Assembly (NCBI GenBank): GCA_964016885.1
Contig: OZ024764.1
Location: 23,932,001 to 23,996,000, forward strand
Direction of reading: 5' to 3'
DNA: 64,000 bases
Source of the DNA: Eledone cirrhosa
Lineage: Eukaryota
The notes under the pieces: generated by a model
What the model was told of the DNA's origin: nothing
The model's input: only the letters and a program-made list of their open reading frames with translations
Databases searched by the model: none
Shown here: positions 1-14,100 of the stretch, one piece after another
Position numbering within the stretch: position 1 is the stretch's first letter
How the letters are laid out: each line of letters starts with the position of its first letter
Made by a program: the position numbers and the translations under genes

Positions 1-915
1 ATCATCTGCATATAGGAGTTCCCATGGGCAGCCGGTCTTGAACTCCTCTGTTATAGCCTGAAGGGCAATAATAAATAAGAGGGGGCTAAGGACAGAGCCT
101 TATTGAACGCCAACTTTTACACTAAATTCTTCACAATATTCATTGTTAATTCTAACCTTACTGACTGTTTCTTTATACATAGCTTGTATAGCTCCCACAA
201 GTCATTCATCTATACCTAGTTTTCTAAGAGCCCACCAGATAATGGAGCAGGGGACTCTGTCAAAGGCTTTCTCCAAGTCAACAAAAGCTAAGTATAGGGG
301 TTTACTTTTAGCTAGGTACTTCTCTTGTAGTTGTCGTACAATGAAAAGAGCGTCTGTGGTACTTTTACCTGACACAAACCCAAACTGCATTTCATCTAGA
401 TCAATTCTCTCTCTGATTAGTTGCTCTATAACTCTTTCTGTGACCTTCATGACCTGTTCAACTATCTTAATGCCTCTATAATTTCCCCTATCTAGAGCAT
501 CCCCTTTACCCTTGTAGCAGTTAATGATGATGCTGCTACGCCAGTCATTTGGTATGACCCAATTCTATATTACTTGGTTAACTATACGGGTGACCATAGT
601 GTGTCCCACCGATCCAGATGCCTTCAACATCTCAGCACCTATCTCCGAAGGCCCAGCTGCCTTGACTGTCTTCATATCTTTGATTGCCTTACTTATTATA
701 CTACCTTTAACTTGCACCGCTGGTCCTTCTATTGGTTCGATTTGAGGCAGACTATCTTCTTCCCAGTTATTCTCCTCATTTAATAGCCTCTCGTAGTGAC
801 ACTTCCAGGCTACCTTCTTATCAGTATCAGTGAGCGCAAGTACACCGTTATCATTACAGGCACACTTCTCCCCGACAATATCCCGGTTTTCCTTGACACA
901 TTGTCTAGCAATCAT
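1..915 (-). mobile_element. RTE-clade non-LTR retrotransposon, RT fragment (frameshifted, truncated by window edge)
   Basis: ORFs 202-450 and 565-915 encode QFGFVSGKSTTDALF...LAFVDLEKAFDRVP and KAAGPSEIGAEMLK; WELLYADD lies at 1-30; highly similar to the copy at 58600-59165. Confidence 0.92.
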
Positions 916-1253
916 ATATATATAATAAGGAGTTGACGAACCCAGCATATTTATCAATGCCAGGACCAGTTGTATCTCAGAGTACTCAATAGCTGGTGTG
1001 GGATACATTCCCAGAGTATAAACATAGTTATTCACTTCAATACAACACACGTAAAACAGGTGCCTGTAATAGTTCCTGGACTCGAGTTTCGGCAACACTT
1101 GATGCAGCAGTAAGGTGCACTGCACCCTCCGTCTGCACATATGCAACAATGCATATATATATATATATATTTATATATATGTGTGTGTATCAGGGGTAAC
1201 CACAGTAAGTAAGGTACTCAATGCATAGCAGAGTATAAATATTTATATAGAAA

Positions 1254-1354
1254 TGGCTTCTACAGGACTAGAACTGTTTCATTTGAAGGAAATCACCAGG
1301 AAAGCTTCCTGATGATTTCCTTCGAATGAAACAGTTCTAGTCCTGTAGAAGCCA
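1254..1354. repeat. ~50-bp-arm palindrome with a degenerate hammerhead-like core
   Basis: tggcttctacaggactagaactgtttcatt... is mirrored by ...aatgaaacagttctagtcctgtagaagcca; the right arm contains CTGATGA...GAAAC...GTC. Confidence 0.75.
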
Positions 1355-2002
1355 CCCCCACCCCACCCCTCTCTCTCTCTCCACACACACACATATTATG
1401 TAGGGTTATTCTAGCCTCAGTGAAGTGTCTGTGTCTCAAATATTTAAAGCTTTATATATGACTTCTGCCTGGTTGCCCTGAACAATACCGATATCTTGAA
1501 AATTCCTATAATATAGTGAGATTGAGATTCCAACCAGTGGTTTTATTACAATTGTATAAATTTACAGTAGAATAACGTTGTAAATATGTTTTAAATATAT
1601 ACATAAATAACATAAGTGTGTAAATAACATTATAAATTGCTGGCAATTCCTTGAGAAAGACATTACAAATATATTGTCTAAACTGTGTATAATAATATAA
1701 TTTATTGAACAATAATGATAAAGGAAAGAAATACACAGTGGGAGATGGCAATTGACCACCAAGTGTGATAATAGGCCACACCTCACACCTTAGGGGTTAA
1801 CTACACACTTTGAGGCAAGCCAACACACTGGCAGCATTACTAAGGTGTTGAAATAACCAGGTACCCTCACGGGTATCACCTGGTACCTCGGTAAGGTGAG
1901 GCTAATGTGCTGAAATAACCAGGTACCCTCACGGGTATCATCTGACACCTCAGTATATACTCTATATATACTATTGTATTTTCACAGTAAAGGCTTTACC
2001 TT

Positions 2003-2034
<32 letters not shown>

Positions 2035-2068
2035 GTATGTATATATATATACATACATATATATAGTG

Positions 2069-2280
2069 AAGGCGTGTGGCTGAGTGGTTAGAGAATTGGA
2101 TTCACAATCTTGAGATTATGAGTTCGATTCCTGGACCGAGTGATGCGTTATGTCCTTGAGCAAGACACTTTATTTCACGTTGCTCCTTCTACCTGGAGTT
2201 GCGACCGATAGATGGTATTAGCAATTGGAAAGACCAATGGAAACATTGTTTCCTCGGTCCGATTTGACGAAAGTCGATCG
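2069..2280 (+). mobile_element. tRNA-derived SINE with CORE-like central domain
   Basis: A-box TGGCTGAGTGG, B-box GAGTTCGATTCC, then CCTTGAGCAAGACACTT; near-identical copy at 56977-57190. Confidence 0.8.
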
Positions 2281-2439
2281 ATCAATATATACATATATAT
2301 ATACATATATCCACTACCCCTACCCTATCCTCCCACTCCCACCAACAGCACGAGATAATGAGATGGTGTAGGTGTCACAACAAAAAAACACAGTTCATGC
2401 TGTAATGTGGCCGTGTATGTAACGGTAAAAAGTTCCCAG

Positions 2440-2620
2440 TTCCACACTGTAAATGTGGTTGGTGTTAGGAAGGGCATCCAGCCGTAGAAAACCTGCCAGA
2501 TAGTCCTATATGAGCGAGACATGGTCACCCGACCAGCCTTGCCTCAAGTGGGACAACTCCCGTCTAACCCATGCTAGCATGGAAAATGGACGTTAAACGA
2601 AGTTGATGAGATGATGATAT
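2440..2620 (+). mobile_element. SINE 3' half with RTE-type tail
   Basis: ggtgttaggaagggcatccagc...acccatgctagcatggaaaatggacgttaaacg...(gat)n; the motif recurs at ~34360, 38990, 54235, 56140, and on - at 27450 and 57280. Confidence 0.7.
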
Positions 2621-3215
2621 ATATATATAGATATATATACATACATATATAACATATATATATATATATATGGTGGCTGCCAACTCGTTTTCGAGTATGG
2701 CCACTACTTTATATCCATGTAGGAGAACTCCTACCGATGCGCTGAACAATTATTGACACATAGTGCAGGGCCCATGGTACCATGTGACGACAAGTGCAGA
2801 GAGATCTCCAGATATAAAGCAATGTCTGTGCCGTGAAGCTTTTATAGTGAGCAAAGGCACTGCACAAAGCCAGTCCCACTCTCTTAACCAAGATGATATT
2901 TACCAAAAAGAAGAACAACTCAACATCATTGGATATCATCAGGGTTGCAGGTGTTATATCAGAGTTTTCCTTCTCCTAGAATTCTGCCTTGACAAAGGCT
3001 AAGGGGTCATCTCTCCCGGTGATTTTGGATGGCCATTGACTCTTAAGAGCTCCTTTGCCCTTTGACAGGTTTTGTTTTTAGTCCTGCAGGATGTCCAAAG
3101 TCACCCTCCTCACCAAGAAACCTTGGTGGGGTTGCCAGTTTAGTCGCCAACGACCCGACCATGAGACAGGTTGTACTGGGATACATGTTACCAGTAGCAC
3201 CAAGTGGTGACCTGA

Positions 3216-3814
3216 CATATATATATATAGATAGATAGATAGATAGATATATACATACATATATAACATATATATATACATACATATATAACATATATAT
3301 ATACATACATATATAACATATATATATACATACATATATAACATATATATATATATATAACATATATATATATATATATATATATACATACATATATAAT
3401 ATATATATATAGATATATATACATACATATATAATATATATATATAGATATATATACATATATATATAATAGATATATATACATACATATATAATATATA
3501 TATACATACATATATATATATAGATATATATAGATATATATACATACATACATAAATAATATATATATATATATGTACATACATATATAATATAAATAAT
3601 ATATATATATATATATACATAAATAATATATATAGATCCATGGACGAGTTCTCTCCAGCGGTCTCTGTCCCTCATTATCGCTGCCATATCCTGCGTCTCC
3701 AACAGACCAGTGTCTGTCCTTAGGGCATCAACATACCTAACATATATATAAATATATACATACCTAACATATATATACATACATATATAACATATATATA
3801 CATACATATATAAC

Positions 3815-3847
<33 letters not shown>

Positions 3848-4190
3848 ACATATATATACATATATAACATATATATACATACATATATATAAATATATAT
3901 ACATACATAATATATATATACATACATAATATATATATACATACATAATATATATATACATACATAACATATATATATATATATATATATATACATAAAA
4001 TATATATATATATACATAAAATATATATATATATATATACATAACATATATATATATATATATATATACATAACATATATATAAATATATATATATATAC
4101 ATACATAACATATATATATATATATATATACATATATAACATATATATATATACATACATATATAACATATATATATATATATATGTGTA
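3216..4190. repeat. Compound (TA)/(TACA)/(TAGA) microsatellite interrupted by a short RTE fragment (3636-3735)
   Basis: Direct reading; the insert encodes [30 protein letters not shown] on -. Confidence 0.9.
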
Positions 4191-4589
4191 TGTTATAGTA
4201 ATGTAGTGAAATTTCTACTGTTAAATTCAGTTTGCTTTTCTATCATCTGACTGTAGTTTATAATGTTTCTCTATTTCAGAATTCAGATGATTTTCACTTG
4301 AATAATTCATCTTTTAAAGACTAAAAGCCGTTGTTATATGGAGCTGGTATAACTGTCTTTAGGCATCTATGGCAGAATTACAGTGAGATATCTCTTCTAA
4401 CAGAGTTTATTAGCAACATTTCTCCTTTTCCCTGCCTGGAATCTTTATAAGATAAAGTTGGATTACAGAGGACTTAGTATCATCTTCCGTTCTTACAGTT
4501 AATGGAAATATAGCAGAAAAATTACCTTTTAGGAATAAACTACAACAAAAAGAAGAAAAACATCTGTATATTTTGGTGAGAAAGAAAAT

Positions 4590-6431
4590 ATGGCATTGTG
4601 TGAGAAAAAGATTAAATGTGAAACAGAGTCTAAAGGGAGTGATTTTACTGAGAAGCCGAAGGATACAAGAGACACAGCATACAGCTCTGGTAAAGCATTC
4701 TCTCAGGAGGAGACTAAACACAAATGTACGCATACAGAAGAAAAGCCTTTTAACTGTAATGTCTGTGATAAAACATTTTCTCGAAATGAGGAATTAACTA
4801 AACATTTGCATACCCATACAGGAGAGAAACCATACCAATGTGATATCTGTGGTAAATCATTCTCTCAGACAAGTAGCTTAAGTAAACACAAACGCATTCA
4901 TACAGGAGAAAAGCCATACCACTGTGATATCTGTGATAAATCATTCTCTGAAACAGGTCATTTGAGTAGGCACAAACGCATTCATACAGGACAGAAACCA
5001 TATCGCTGTGAAATCTGTGGTAAAACATTTTTCCGAAATGATCAACTGACGCTTCATAAACGTGTTCATACAGGTGAAAAACCACATCAGCGTGATAGCT
5101 TTGATAAATCATTTGCTCAGGTTTCTAGCTTAACTAAACCCAAACGCATTCATACTGTAGGGGGCCTACATCACTGTGATATCTGTGGTAAATCATTCTC
5201 TCAAAATGATAAATTAGCTAAACACATACGTATTCACACAGAGGATAAACCATACCAATGTGATATCTGTGGTAAATCGTTCTCCCAGACAAGTAGTTTA
5301 ACTAAACACAAACGCATTCATACAGGTGAAAAGCCATACCACTGTGATATCTGTGATAAATCATTCTCTGAAACTGGTCACTTAAGTCGACACAAACGCA
5401 TTCATACAGGAGAGAAGCCATATCACTGTGAAATCTGTGGTAAATCATTCTTTCGAAATGATCAACTTACTACTCACAAACGTACTCATACAGGAGAGAA
5501 GCCACATCATTGTGATATCTGTGGTAAATCATTCTCTCAGGTCAGTAATTTGACTAAACACAAACGTATTCATGCAGGAGTTAGGTCATATCATTGTGAT
5601 ATCTGTGCTAAGTCATTCTTTACAAAAGGTAGTCTAACTAAACACAAACGCATTCATACAGGAGTGAAGCCACATCAGTGTGATATCTGTGGTAAATCAT
5701 TCTTTCAAAAAAGCAATTTAACTGAACACAAACACATTCATACAGGAGAGAAACCATATCTCTGTGATATCTGTGGTAAATCATTCTCTGTATTGAGTAC
5801 ATTAACTGAACACAAATATATTCATACAGGAGAGAAAACATATCACTGTGACATCTGTGGTAAATCATTCTTTCAAAAAGGTTCCTTAAACGAACACAAG
5901 CACATTCACACAGGAAAGAAACCTTATCACTGTGATACCTGTGGTAAATCATTCTTTAAAGGAGGCACATTAACAGAACATAAACGTATTCACACAGGAG
6001 AAAAGCCCTACCACTGTATTACATGTGGTAAGTCCTTTTCTCGAAATGATACCTTAACTAAACACAAACGCATTCATACAGGAGAGAAGCCCTATGTATG
6101 TGATATCTGTGGTGAATCATTCTCTCGAAATGATACATTAGCTACACACAAGCACATCCACACAGGAGAGAAGCCATATGTATGTGATATCTGTAGTAAA
6201 TCATTCTTTAAAGGAAGTACACTAACTAAACACAAACGAATTCATACGGGAGAGAAGCCATTTGACTGTGATATCTGTGGTAAATCATTTTCTCGAAATG
6301 ATAACTTAACTATACACAAACGCATTCATACAAGAGAGAAACCTATTTCTGCGATATCTACTGTGTCGCTATCTCTAAAGACAGAATTAACTACACGTGT
6401 ATATTATAATACAGAGAACTACTCTAACTAA
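4590..6431 (+). CDS. Tandem C2H2 zinc-finger protein (18 intact + 1 degenerate finger), cephalopod-type ZNF expansion member
   Basis: 613-aa uninterrupted ORF of CxxC-x12-HxxxH units with TGEKP linkers; upstream acceptor tttctctatttcag at 4279; AATAAA at 6464. Confidence 0.95.
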   Translation: MALCEKKIKCETESKGSDFTEKPKDTRDTAYSSGKAFSQEETKHKCTHTEEKPFNCNVCDKTFSRNEELTKHLHTHTGEKPYQCDICGKSFSQTSSLSKHKRIHTGEKPYHCDICDKSFSETGHLSRHKRIHTGQKPYRCEICGKTFFRNDQLTLHKRVHTGEKPHQRDSFDKSFAQVSSLTKPKRIHTVGGLHHCDICGKSFSQNDKLAKHIRIHTEDKPYQCDICGKSFSQTSSLTKHKRIHTGEKPYHCDICDKSFSETGHLSRHKRIHTGEKPYHCEICGKSFFRNDQLTTHKRTHTGEKPHHCDICGKSFSQVSNLTKHKRIHAGVRSYHCDICAKSFFTKGSLTKHKRIHTGVKPHQCDICGKSFFQKSNLTEHKHIHTGEKPYLCDICGKSFSVLSTLTEHKYIHTGEKTYHCDICGKSFFQKGSLNEHKHIHTGKKPYHCDTCGKSFFKGGTLTEHKRIHTGEKPYHCITCGKSFSRNDTLTKHKRIHTGEKPYVCDICGESFSRNDTLATHKHIHTGEKPYVCDICSKSFFKGSTLTKHKRIHTGEKPFDCDICGKSFSRNDNLTIHKRIHTREKPISAISTVSLSLKTELTTRVYYNTENYSN

Positions 6432-7258
6432 AATTATTGTATTAAAGAAATATTTTATATGACAATAAAATTATTAACTAAAGTAAAAATATGATTGTAT
6501 TTCTTCTGGTGAAGGACCCAACATAGATTGAGGGATTAGGGACTTCAGAGTAAGGTCTAGATAGAGAAACTGAAGAGTTGAGAGAATATGGAAGTTTAAA
6601 GAAGTATTGTAGGTTTATATATGTAGAGGATGAAGTACTCAAGGAATGGAAGTCCTGGAAATAGAAGAAAAAATGTGCTGTGACATCACTAGTGTTGAGC
6701 TGTATTGGCCGTTACCTTGGAGAAGATTACTGGTATGGAGAGAGAAGACTGCTATGTTTGAGAAACTGTTGCTCTTTCACAAAAACATCTTGAAGAGGAA
6801 CTTCTAACTCTAAACATTTGGTATCATCAATCACAATAATAGGCAATGTATTTGCTTGTTTGTTTGTGTGTATGTGTGTGTGTGTATGAATGTTTGTGTG
6901 TGTGTGTTCTTCTGGTTTTATAATTTCAGTTTTCCCAATAGAGAGTTGGTTTCTAACATAGACACAAGACTCTCTCATTGGAATTTACACAACATCAACT
7001 AGGTAGATATGTATGTGTGTGTGTATGTATGTATGTATGTATGTTCTTCTGGTTTTATAATTTCACAGTTTTACCAATAGAGAGAGTCGGTTTCTAACAG
7101 ACACAAGACTCTCTCATTGGAATTTACACATCAACTAGGTAGATATGTATGCATGCATGTGTAGATATGGATGTTATTGTATGTGTGGATGTGTATGTTT
7201 TGAGTTGTATGTGTGCATGTGTATATGCTTTGTATCTGTACATGTGTATATGCAGTTA

Positions 7259-9500
7259 TTAGATGCAAAATTTTGGGAATGTTTTACATATTTTTACTGT
7301 TCCATTAATGGATTGTACTTGTAATTTCCTAACTAGTTGTGTTCTTTCTGTTTCTGTGAAGCCTAGCTTCTCAAGATTTATATTGAGGCAGTTACTAACA
7401 TACCCCAGTGCCCCAATAATCACAGGCATAAATCCGAAGGTGTAATCAGGGTGGAGTATCTGCAGATTTCTCATCAGTTCAGCATAAATATTCTCCTTTT
7501 CACTAATCTTTGATATTATATTGGCATCTGCTGGGCAGCTAATTTCCAATACTGTGCATGCTTTCTTCTTCCTGTCCCATATCATAATATCTGGTCTGTT
7601 ATGCCTGCATTTTATTGGGGTTTTTACTGGAACATTCCACCAGTACTCTTTCATATTATGTACATGGATGTCTTCCACATTGTTGTAGCTTTTAATGTGT
7701 TTATTATCGGGGCTATCTTTTTTGCGAACTGCATTGTACAGTGTTTTGGCCACTACATCATGCCTCATAGGTAGATAGTACTGCGATGACATCTTTGGAC
7801 AGCTACTGATGACATGGGTGATATCCTCGATGTTAGTTCTGCAGAGTCTGCACTTGTTATCACATCTAGGTGTTTTGCCTGCATCCCTATCTCTTTTGTG
7901 AATCAGGTATTTCGTGCTAATCTCCTGTTCTTGGATTGCAAAAGCGTATCCTTCAAAGTGGGAGCCAATATAGCGGTTGTTGATCCAAGATAGACTACTT
8001 TCCTTATCTATATTACTCTCACTCTGGAGCTTCCTGGCAACGTATCCATGCATGATTTTTTGCTGATAAGTATGTAGTTTTTCATCCATGGATTCACTGC
8101 GATACTGTTGAGCGACTTCCCTGGGTGTGAGTTTTTGATTATCACACAGGGAATATCTCTCAAGGAGTTCCTTCCCAACTCTCATGATCTTATCTGTTTC
8201 ATGTAGATAGACTTGCTCGGGAAACGGGCTCCTACGCTTCGAGGTTCGTAGATGTTGTCGGAGAGATATGATGCGACATTCAAATGTTGTCTGGACTGAT
8301 GTAAGGCCTCTGCTTCCCTGCTTACGTTTCAAGTAAAGGCGGTCTATGTCACTGTTGATGTGGAAGTTTCCTGTGCTGTTTAGTGTTTTTCGAGTTCCAA
8401 CATCAACTGCTCAGATTTCATCTATCGTCCAATTGAGTATTCCAAACGTTGGTGTTAAGACAGGCACAGCAAACACATTGTGAGCCACTGTTTTGTTTGC
8501 GCAGAGAGTTCCGATGACCAGATCTTTCTTAATCGGGTGTAGTATTCCCTGGTTACGCGTTCTTTATTACAGATACCATTATAGGATATGTTCTCATCTA
8601 TCCCCAGGTATCTGTAGCAGTCCTCATCAGATATCGGTGAAACAGTTAGGCCATTGATGACAATGTTACTAGATTGGGTTGTTGTTTTTCCCCACTTTAC
8701 AGTCATGTATGAGCATTTATCTTGGCCAAACTCCATTCCTATATCCTTTGAGAACGTTGTAACCAGGTCCAGATTTTTCTTCATCCCATCCATGTTCTTA
8801 GCATAGAGTTTCAGATCATCCACAAAGAAGTTATGGGTTAGGTTCGTATTTCTGTCCTCCTGTGAGCCAATGATGTATCCCTCTCATTTCTTGAGCAGAA
8901 AGGACAAGGGGTTTAATGACAAGATGAATAATATCACAGAGACTGTCCCCCTGAAATATACCCCTGCGATATTCTATTTTATCAGTGAAAATAGAATCCT
9001 CCCTCTCTGTCTTTAACCTTAGGATAGTAGCCCAAGAATAAGACAGCCTCTCTATGGCTCTGACAAGAATGTTTGGGACTTTAGCAAGTTGGAGGGCCTC
9101 TATCATCCAAGAGTGGGGAACAGAATCAAAAGCTTTCCTGTAGTCCAACCAGACTGTAGCCATACTCCTCCCAAGTTGTCGCACCTTTTGTTTTGTTGAT
9201 TAGGAGTTGTTCAGCACATCCCCAAACCCCTTTATTTCCAGTATATCCCCAAACCCCTTTCTTTCCAGCTGCTTGTTCATCTGTGATGATGACATTACTG
9301 TTGCAGTGATCTTGGAGGAATAGGTTCAGGCAGGCCGTATACATCTTATACATCAGCTTCTGGCATGCAATGGGTCGGTAGTTTTTTGCCAAGTGGGTGT
9401 CTTTGTTCTTGGGGACCAGTAATGTTTGTGCTAATGTCAACCATTCTGGTATAAGTGTATCTCCCTTAAGAACTTGTTGGTAGGGGTCAGTAAGATACCT
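7259..9500 (-). mobile_element. R4/Dong-like (R2-group) non-LTR retrotransposon with RT and restriction-like endonuclease, 5'-truncated and frameshifted
   Basis: NYRPIAC, WLDYRKAFDSVPH, GIFQGDSL, DDLKLYA, YRYLGI; C-terminal CRLC..H...C, RHD, NRPDI, EISCP motifs. Confidence 0.9.
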
Positions 9501-9520
9501 CTTATGTATGTATGTATGTA

Positions 9521-9555
<35 letters not shown>

Positions 9556-9718
9556 ATGTATGTGTGTATATATGTATGTATATGTATATGTATGTGTATA
9601 TATGTGTATATATAATCATCCTGTGGCCTCAGCTGAAATTGACTCAACAATTGATCTCCACGTGGGTCTGTCGTTCGTTGCAAAGTCCTGGATTTCAATA
9701 CCAGAATCTCTGGAGATG

Positions 9719-10979
9719 ACATCAGGATAGGAGAGCTTGTGTCCCCTGTTATTAGTGACACTAGTGGTGACACAGCCTCAGAGGTGACACCATGGCAGTG
9801 GCCAGTACATCAGGATAGGAGAGCTTGTGTCCCCTGTTATTAGTGACACAGCCTCAGAGGTGACACCATGGCAGTGGCCTGTACATCAGGATAGGAGAGC
9901 TTGTGTCCTCTGTTATTAGTGACACTAATGGTGACACAGCCTCAGAGGTGACACCATGGCAGTGGCCAGTACATCAGGATAGGAGAGCTTGTGTCCCCTG
10001 TTATTAGTGACACTAGTGGTGACACAGCCTCAGAGGTGGCACCATGGAAGTGACCAGTACATCAGGATAGGAGAGCTTGTGTCCCCTGTTATTAGTGACA
10101 CTAGTGGTGACACAGCCTCAGAGGTGGCACCATGGAAGTGACCAGTACATCAGGATAGGAGAGCTTGTGTCCCCTGTTATTAGTGACACTAGTGGTGACA
10201 CAGCCTCAGAGGTGGCACCATGGAAGTGACCAGTACATCAGGATAGGAGAGCATGTGTCCCCTGTTATTAGTGACACTAGAGGTAACACAGCCTCAGAGG
10301 TGGCACCATGGAAGTGACCAGTACATCAGGATAGGAGAGCTTGTGTCCCCTGTTATTAGTGACACTAGAGGTGACACAGCCTCAGAGGTGACACCATGGC
10401 AGTAGCCAGTACATCAGGATAGGAGAGCTTGTGTCCCCTGTTATTAGTGACACTAGTGGTGACACAGCCTCAGAGGTGGCACCATGGCAGTGACCAGTAC
10501 ATCAGGATAGGAGAGCTTGTGTCCCCTGTTATTAGTGACACTAGAGGTGACACAGCCTCAGAGGTGACACCATGGCAGTGGCCAGTACATCAGGATAGGA
10601 GAGCTTGTGTCCCCTGTTATTAGTGACACTAGTGGTGACACAGCCTCAGAGGTGACACCATGGCAGTGGCCAGTACATCAGGATAGGAGAGCTTGTGTCC
10701 CCTGTTATTAGTGACACTAGTGGTGACACAGCCTCAGAGGTGACACCATGGCAGTGACCAGTACATCAGGATAGGGGAGCTTGTGTCCCCTGTTATTAGT
10801 GACACTAGTGGTGACACAGCCTCAGAGGTGACACCATGGCAGTGACCAGTACATCAGGATAGGGGAGCTTGTGTCCCCTGTTATTAGTGACACTAGTGGT
10901 GACACAGCCTCAGAGGTGACACCATGGCAGTGGCCAGTACATCAGGATAGGGGAGCTTGTGTCCCCTGTTATTAGTGAC
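9719..10979. repeat. 88-bp minisatellite, ~14 copies
   Basis: Unit acatcaggataggagagcttgtgtcccctgttattagtgacactagtggtgacacagcctcagaggtgacaccatggcagtggccagt. Confidence 0.95.
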
Positions 10980-11714
10980 TTTCTTCCTTTGTACGTCCAT
11001 CATTGGTTAACTGTCGATCAGTGTTTGTAGAGATCGATACCGACTAAATTGTGAGTTTATTTCGCCATCATTAAGTCCCAGGTTCGATCACATCCCATGT
11101 GAAACTGGGTCGACAGAAACTGTATAGCAGTCTGTAATGGCCAGTCTTATAGCGCTGAATCTCCCTGAGAATTACTTATGTAATTATAGAGTAACTTCTA
11201 GTGCTGTAGCATGGCCAGGCTGTTTAGATATTGCTGTAGTATGGCCAGGATGTTTAGATGGTGCTGTAGCATGGCCAGGCTTTTTAGATATTGCTGTAGC
11301 ATGGCCAGGATACTTGGAACATGCGCACTGGATGTCTAAATCTTGCGCGTGCGCATTCAACTCCATCCAAAACAAGAAAGAAAAAAAATGGCTGTCAGTT
11401 TGTAGAATTTTCCAATCTTTCCCGAAACTCTCACTAAATGGTTTAACAATGGACAAGAGCAGCTTTCCGAAAGGTAACCTAGATTTTATATTATGTTGAG
11501 ATGTTTTTGTAAATCTTTCCCTCTTCGTCTCCTGTGGTCTACTATTTACACCTGCCTAGTTGTTAACCTATTCTTAACGAGACACACACCTGTTTCATTA
11601 CATTGCCAATATAACAACATTTAACATATTTTTTATTGATTAATTTGTAACAGAATTCGACTATGTTTTACCTGTCGAAGAATCGAAACCTAATCTAAAA
11701 GTTGTGGCCTGTCA

Positions 11715-12056
11715 AACCACCTTTTGTTAGGAATTCTCACCATTGTCCTGTCAAAAGACAACTATGATAAACGTTTGACCTGTCACCCCAGGGACTTGAT
11801 AGATGAAACACGTGGCTACTCCTAAATCGAGCTATTTACACATCCCTCTAGCTTTAGGGTTATAAATACAATGGCTTGGACAAACAGAGAGAACGAAGCA
11901 GCAGCCCTGGAGAGAATAACGATGTGAAACATTCACTTTCTATTGACCCATAGTAGTTCCTACTTCTCCCTGGGGTCACAGGTCAAGTGGTATATACGTC
12001 TATCATAGTTGTCTTTTGACAGGACAATGGTGAGAATTCCTAACAATAGGTGGTTT
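11715..12056. mobile_element. MITE-like element with ~80-bp terminal inverted repeats
   Basis: gttaggaattctcaccattgtcctgtcaaaagacaactatgata (11727-) is mirrored at ~12001-12044. Confidence 0.7.
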
Positions 12057-13059
12057 TAGAGGCGAGAACTTTAAACTTGCAATCGACTGTCGTCCTATCC
12101 AGGTGAAGTCTCTTCTTACCTTATTCCTAATGAAATACACAGACCAAGTGTTCCAATTCATGTTGAAAATAAACAATAAAATGTAGGGATTTAATAAAAT
12201 TCAACGTGTTTCTTTTTTATTCACAAACAATTTGTCGAGTATATTTCTTTAAAACTTTTCTTAGTTTTAGTTAATATTTCGATGTATTTAAATGCTTCTT
12301 TCAAGATAGAGATGAAAGACCTTAAATTGTTGATTCAATTCTTGAACCGTGCTAAATATTTTCTGAAACTGTTGTAAATTCATTTTGTATTCTGGAGCAT
12401 CCAGGGGTGTGTGTCTCATGGGGTTTTCTTGGGTGTTTTAACGATAGGGTCCACAGTGCAGTTATTCAATCCCCACCCCTACACACGTATGTTAGGTAAG
12501 TCCGTAATTAAAGTTACAGGCGGTGTGCTTTTGCTCATAAACTCGCATATTTGATGAGATATTGAGGCAGAGCCGGGCCCCGGTCATTATGATTGTCCCA
12601 TGAGATTATCGATATCGATACGATTGCAATATACCAATGAAATTTATATATGTATATATATATGAGCGAGACACGGTCACTCAACTTGCCTCTAAATGGG
12701 ACAAACCCGTCTAACCCATGCTAGCGTGGAAGATAGGCGTTAAACGATGATGATGATATATATGTATATATAAATATAGGCATAATTATGTCCTCAGGTG
12801 CCTCGCATTCATTCACCTTCGATGGACATAGCTTTGGCCAGGAGGTGTTGATGTCAACTGGCCGTGTCCTACGTTCATTGAGAATTTTGACCCTCAACCG
12901 TAACACCCCCTCGCTGGTGTGTCAGCATTGGTGGCCAAATTACTGCCCATTATCGCCAAACGCTGCGAGCCTTTCTCCCTCACTCCTACAAAAGTTCTTA
13001 ATATTTGGCCTTCCTATCACGAACTCCTACAGAGATTTGAGAGTGATCCTGGGCAGGCG

Positions 13060-13350
13060 ATGATCCTTCATGCTAGAGACGTGCCCTGCCCAGCGTAGTT
13101 GGGAGTTCAGCTTCATGTTTAAACTTCCACACGTTAGTACAGTCTACCAAATTCACTTCTCACCTTTGCCAGTCTGTTGCTGATTTCCCTGTCAATCTTG
13201 GCACCCCAGGTAGCTGAAATGATGGACTGTTTTCAGTTCAGTCTCGCCAATGGTGATATGGGGAGGGTGGTACACTTCCTGGGGTGCAGGATGGTGGAAT
13301 ACCTCCATCTTCTTTAAGCTTACTTCCAGTCAATAGAGCTGGGCGGCCTC
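13060..13350 (-). mobile_element. RTE/BovB-like LINE RT fragment (duplicated at 17470-17790)
   Basis: The - strand encodes QLRWAGHVSSMKD and VSLKKMEVFHHP-like peptides. Confidence 0.65.
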
Positions 13351-13359
13351 TGAGGTAAA

Positions 13360-14100
13360 AGAATGGGCCTTCTTTTTAACGTCCCTGCTATACAGTATAC
13401 TGTGGAAGCTGTCTCTCGATACGGCAGCTGTTACATCTAAGCTTGTGTTTGTCTTTTAACGTCCCTGATATACAGTGGTAGTTGTCCCTCTATACGGTAG
13501 CTGTTACATCTAAGGATGGTTCTGCCTTATAACTTCCCTGATATACAGTACTCTGTGCTAGCTATCATTCCACACGGCCCACAGTTACATGTATTTAAAA
13601 AATGGGTCTTTTAACGTCCCTGATAAACTGTATATTATGGCAGCTGTCCCTCGATACGGCCCACAAATCTAATATAAGTTGTCCCCCTACACGGCAGATG
13701 TTACATCTAAGGTTGTGTTTGTCTTTTAACGTCCCTGATAAACTGTATATTGTGGTAGCTATCCCTCCTTACCGTCCACAGTTACATCTAAGGCTGGGTC
13801 TCTCTTTTAACGTCCCTGATATTCTGTGCTAGCTATCATTCCACACGACCCACAGTTACATCTCAGGATGGTTCTGTCTTATAACTTCTCTTATATACAG
13901 TATATTGTGGTAGCTGTCCCTCTATATGGCTGCTTTTACATCTAATATAAGGCTGGGTTTGTCTTTTAACGTCCTTAATATACAGTATATTGTGGTAGCT
14001 GACCCACAGGTACAGCTAATATAATGTTGGGTCTGTCTCTCGCACTATATGGCCCACAGTTGCAGCTTATAAAAGGTTGACCTGTTTTTTAACATCCCAA
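13360..14100. repeat. Degenerate ~70-bp tandem array (also 15830-16500 and 17810-18480)
   Basis: Recurrent gtcttttaacgtccctgatatacagtatattgtggtagctgtccc...ttacatcta. Confidence 0.85.

Noticed and set aside
2069-2150. tRNA genes (also 53069, 55905, 56977)
   Set aside because: A/B boxes are present but there is no complete cloverleaf, and each continues into a SINE body.
3043-4169. Long Y/I/M/C-rich ORFs (also 26853-27506, 29318-31744, 59646-60256, 62158-62768)
   Set aside because: They are translations of (TA)/(TG)/(GA) microsatellites.
4798-5952. Minus-strand ORFs MIYHRYH...
   Set aside because: Antisense shadows of the ZNF repeats.
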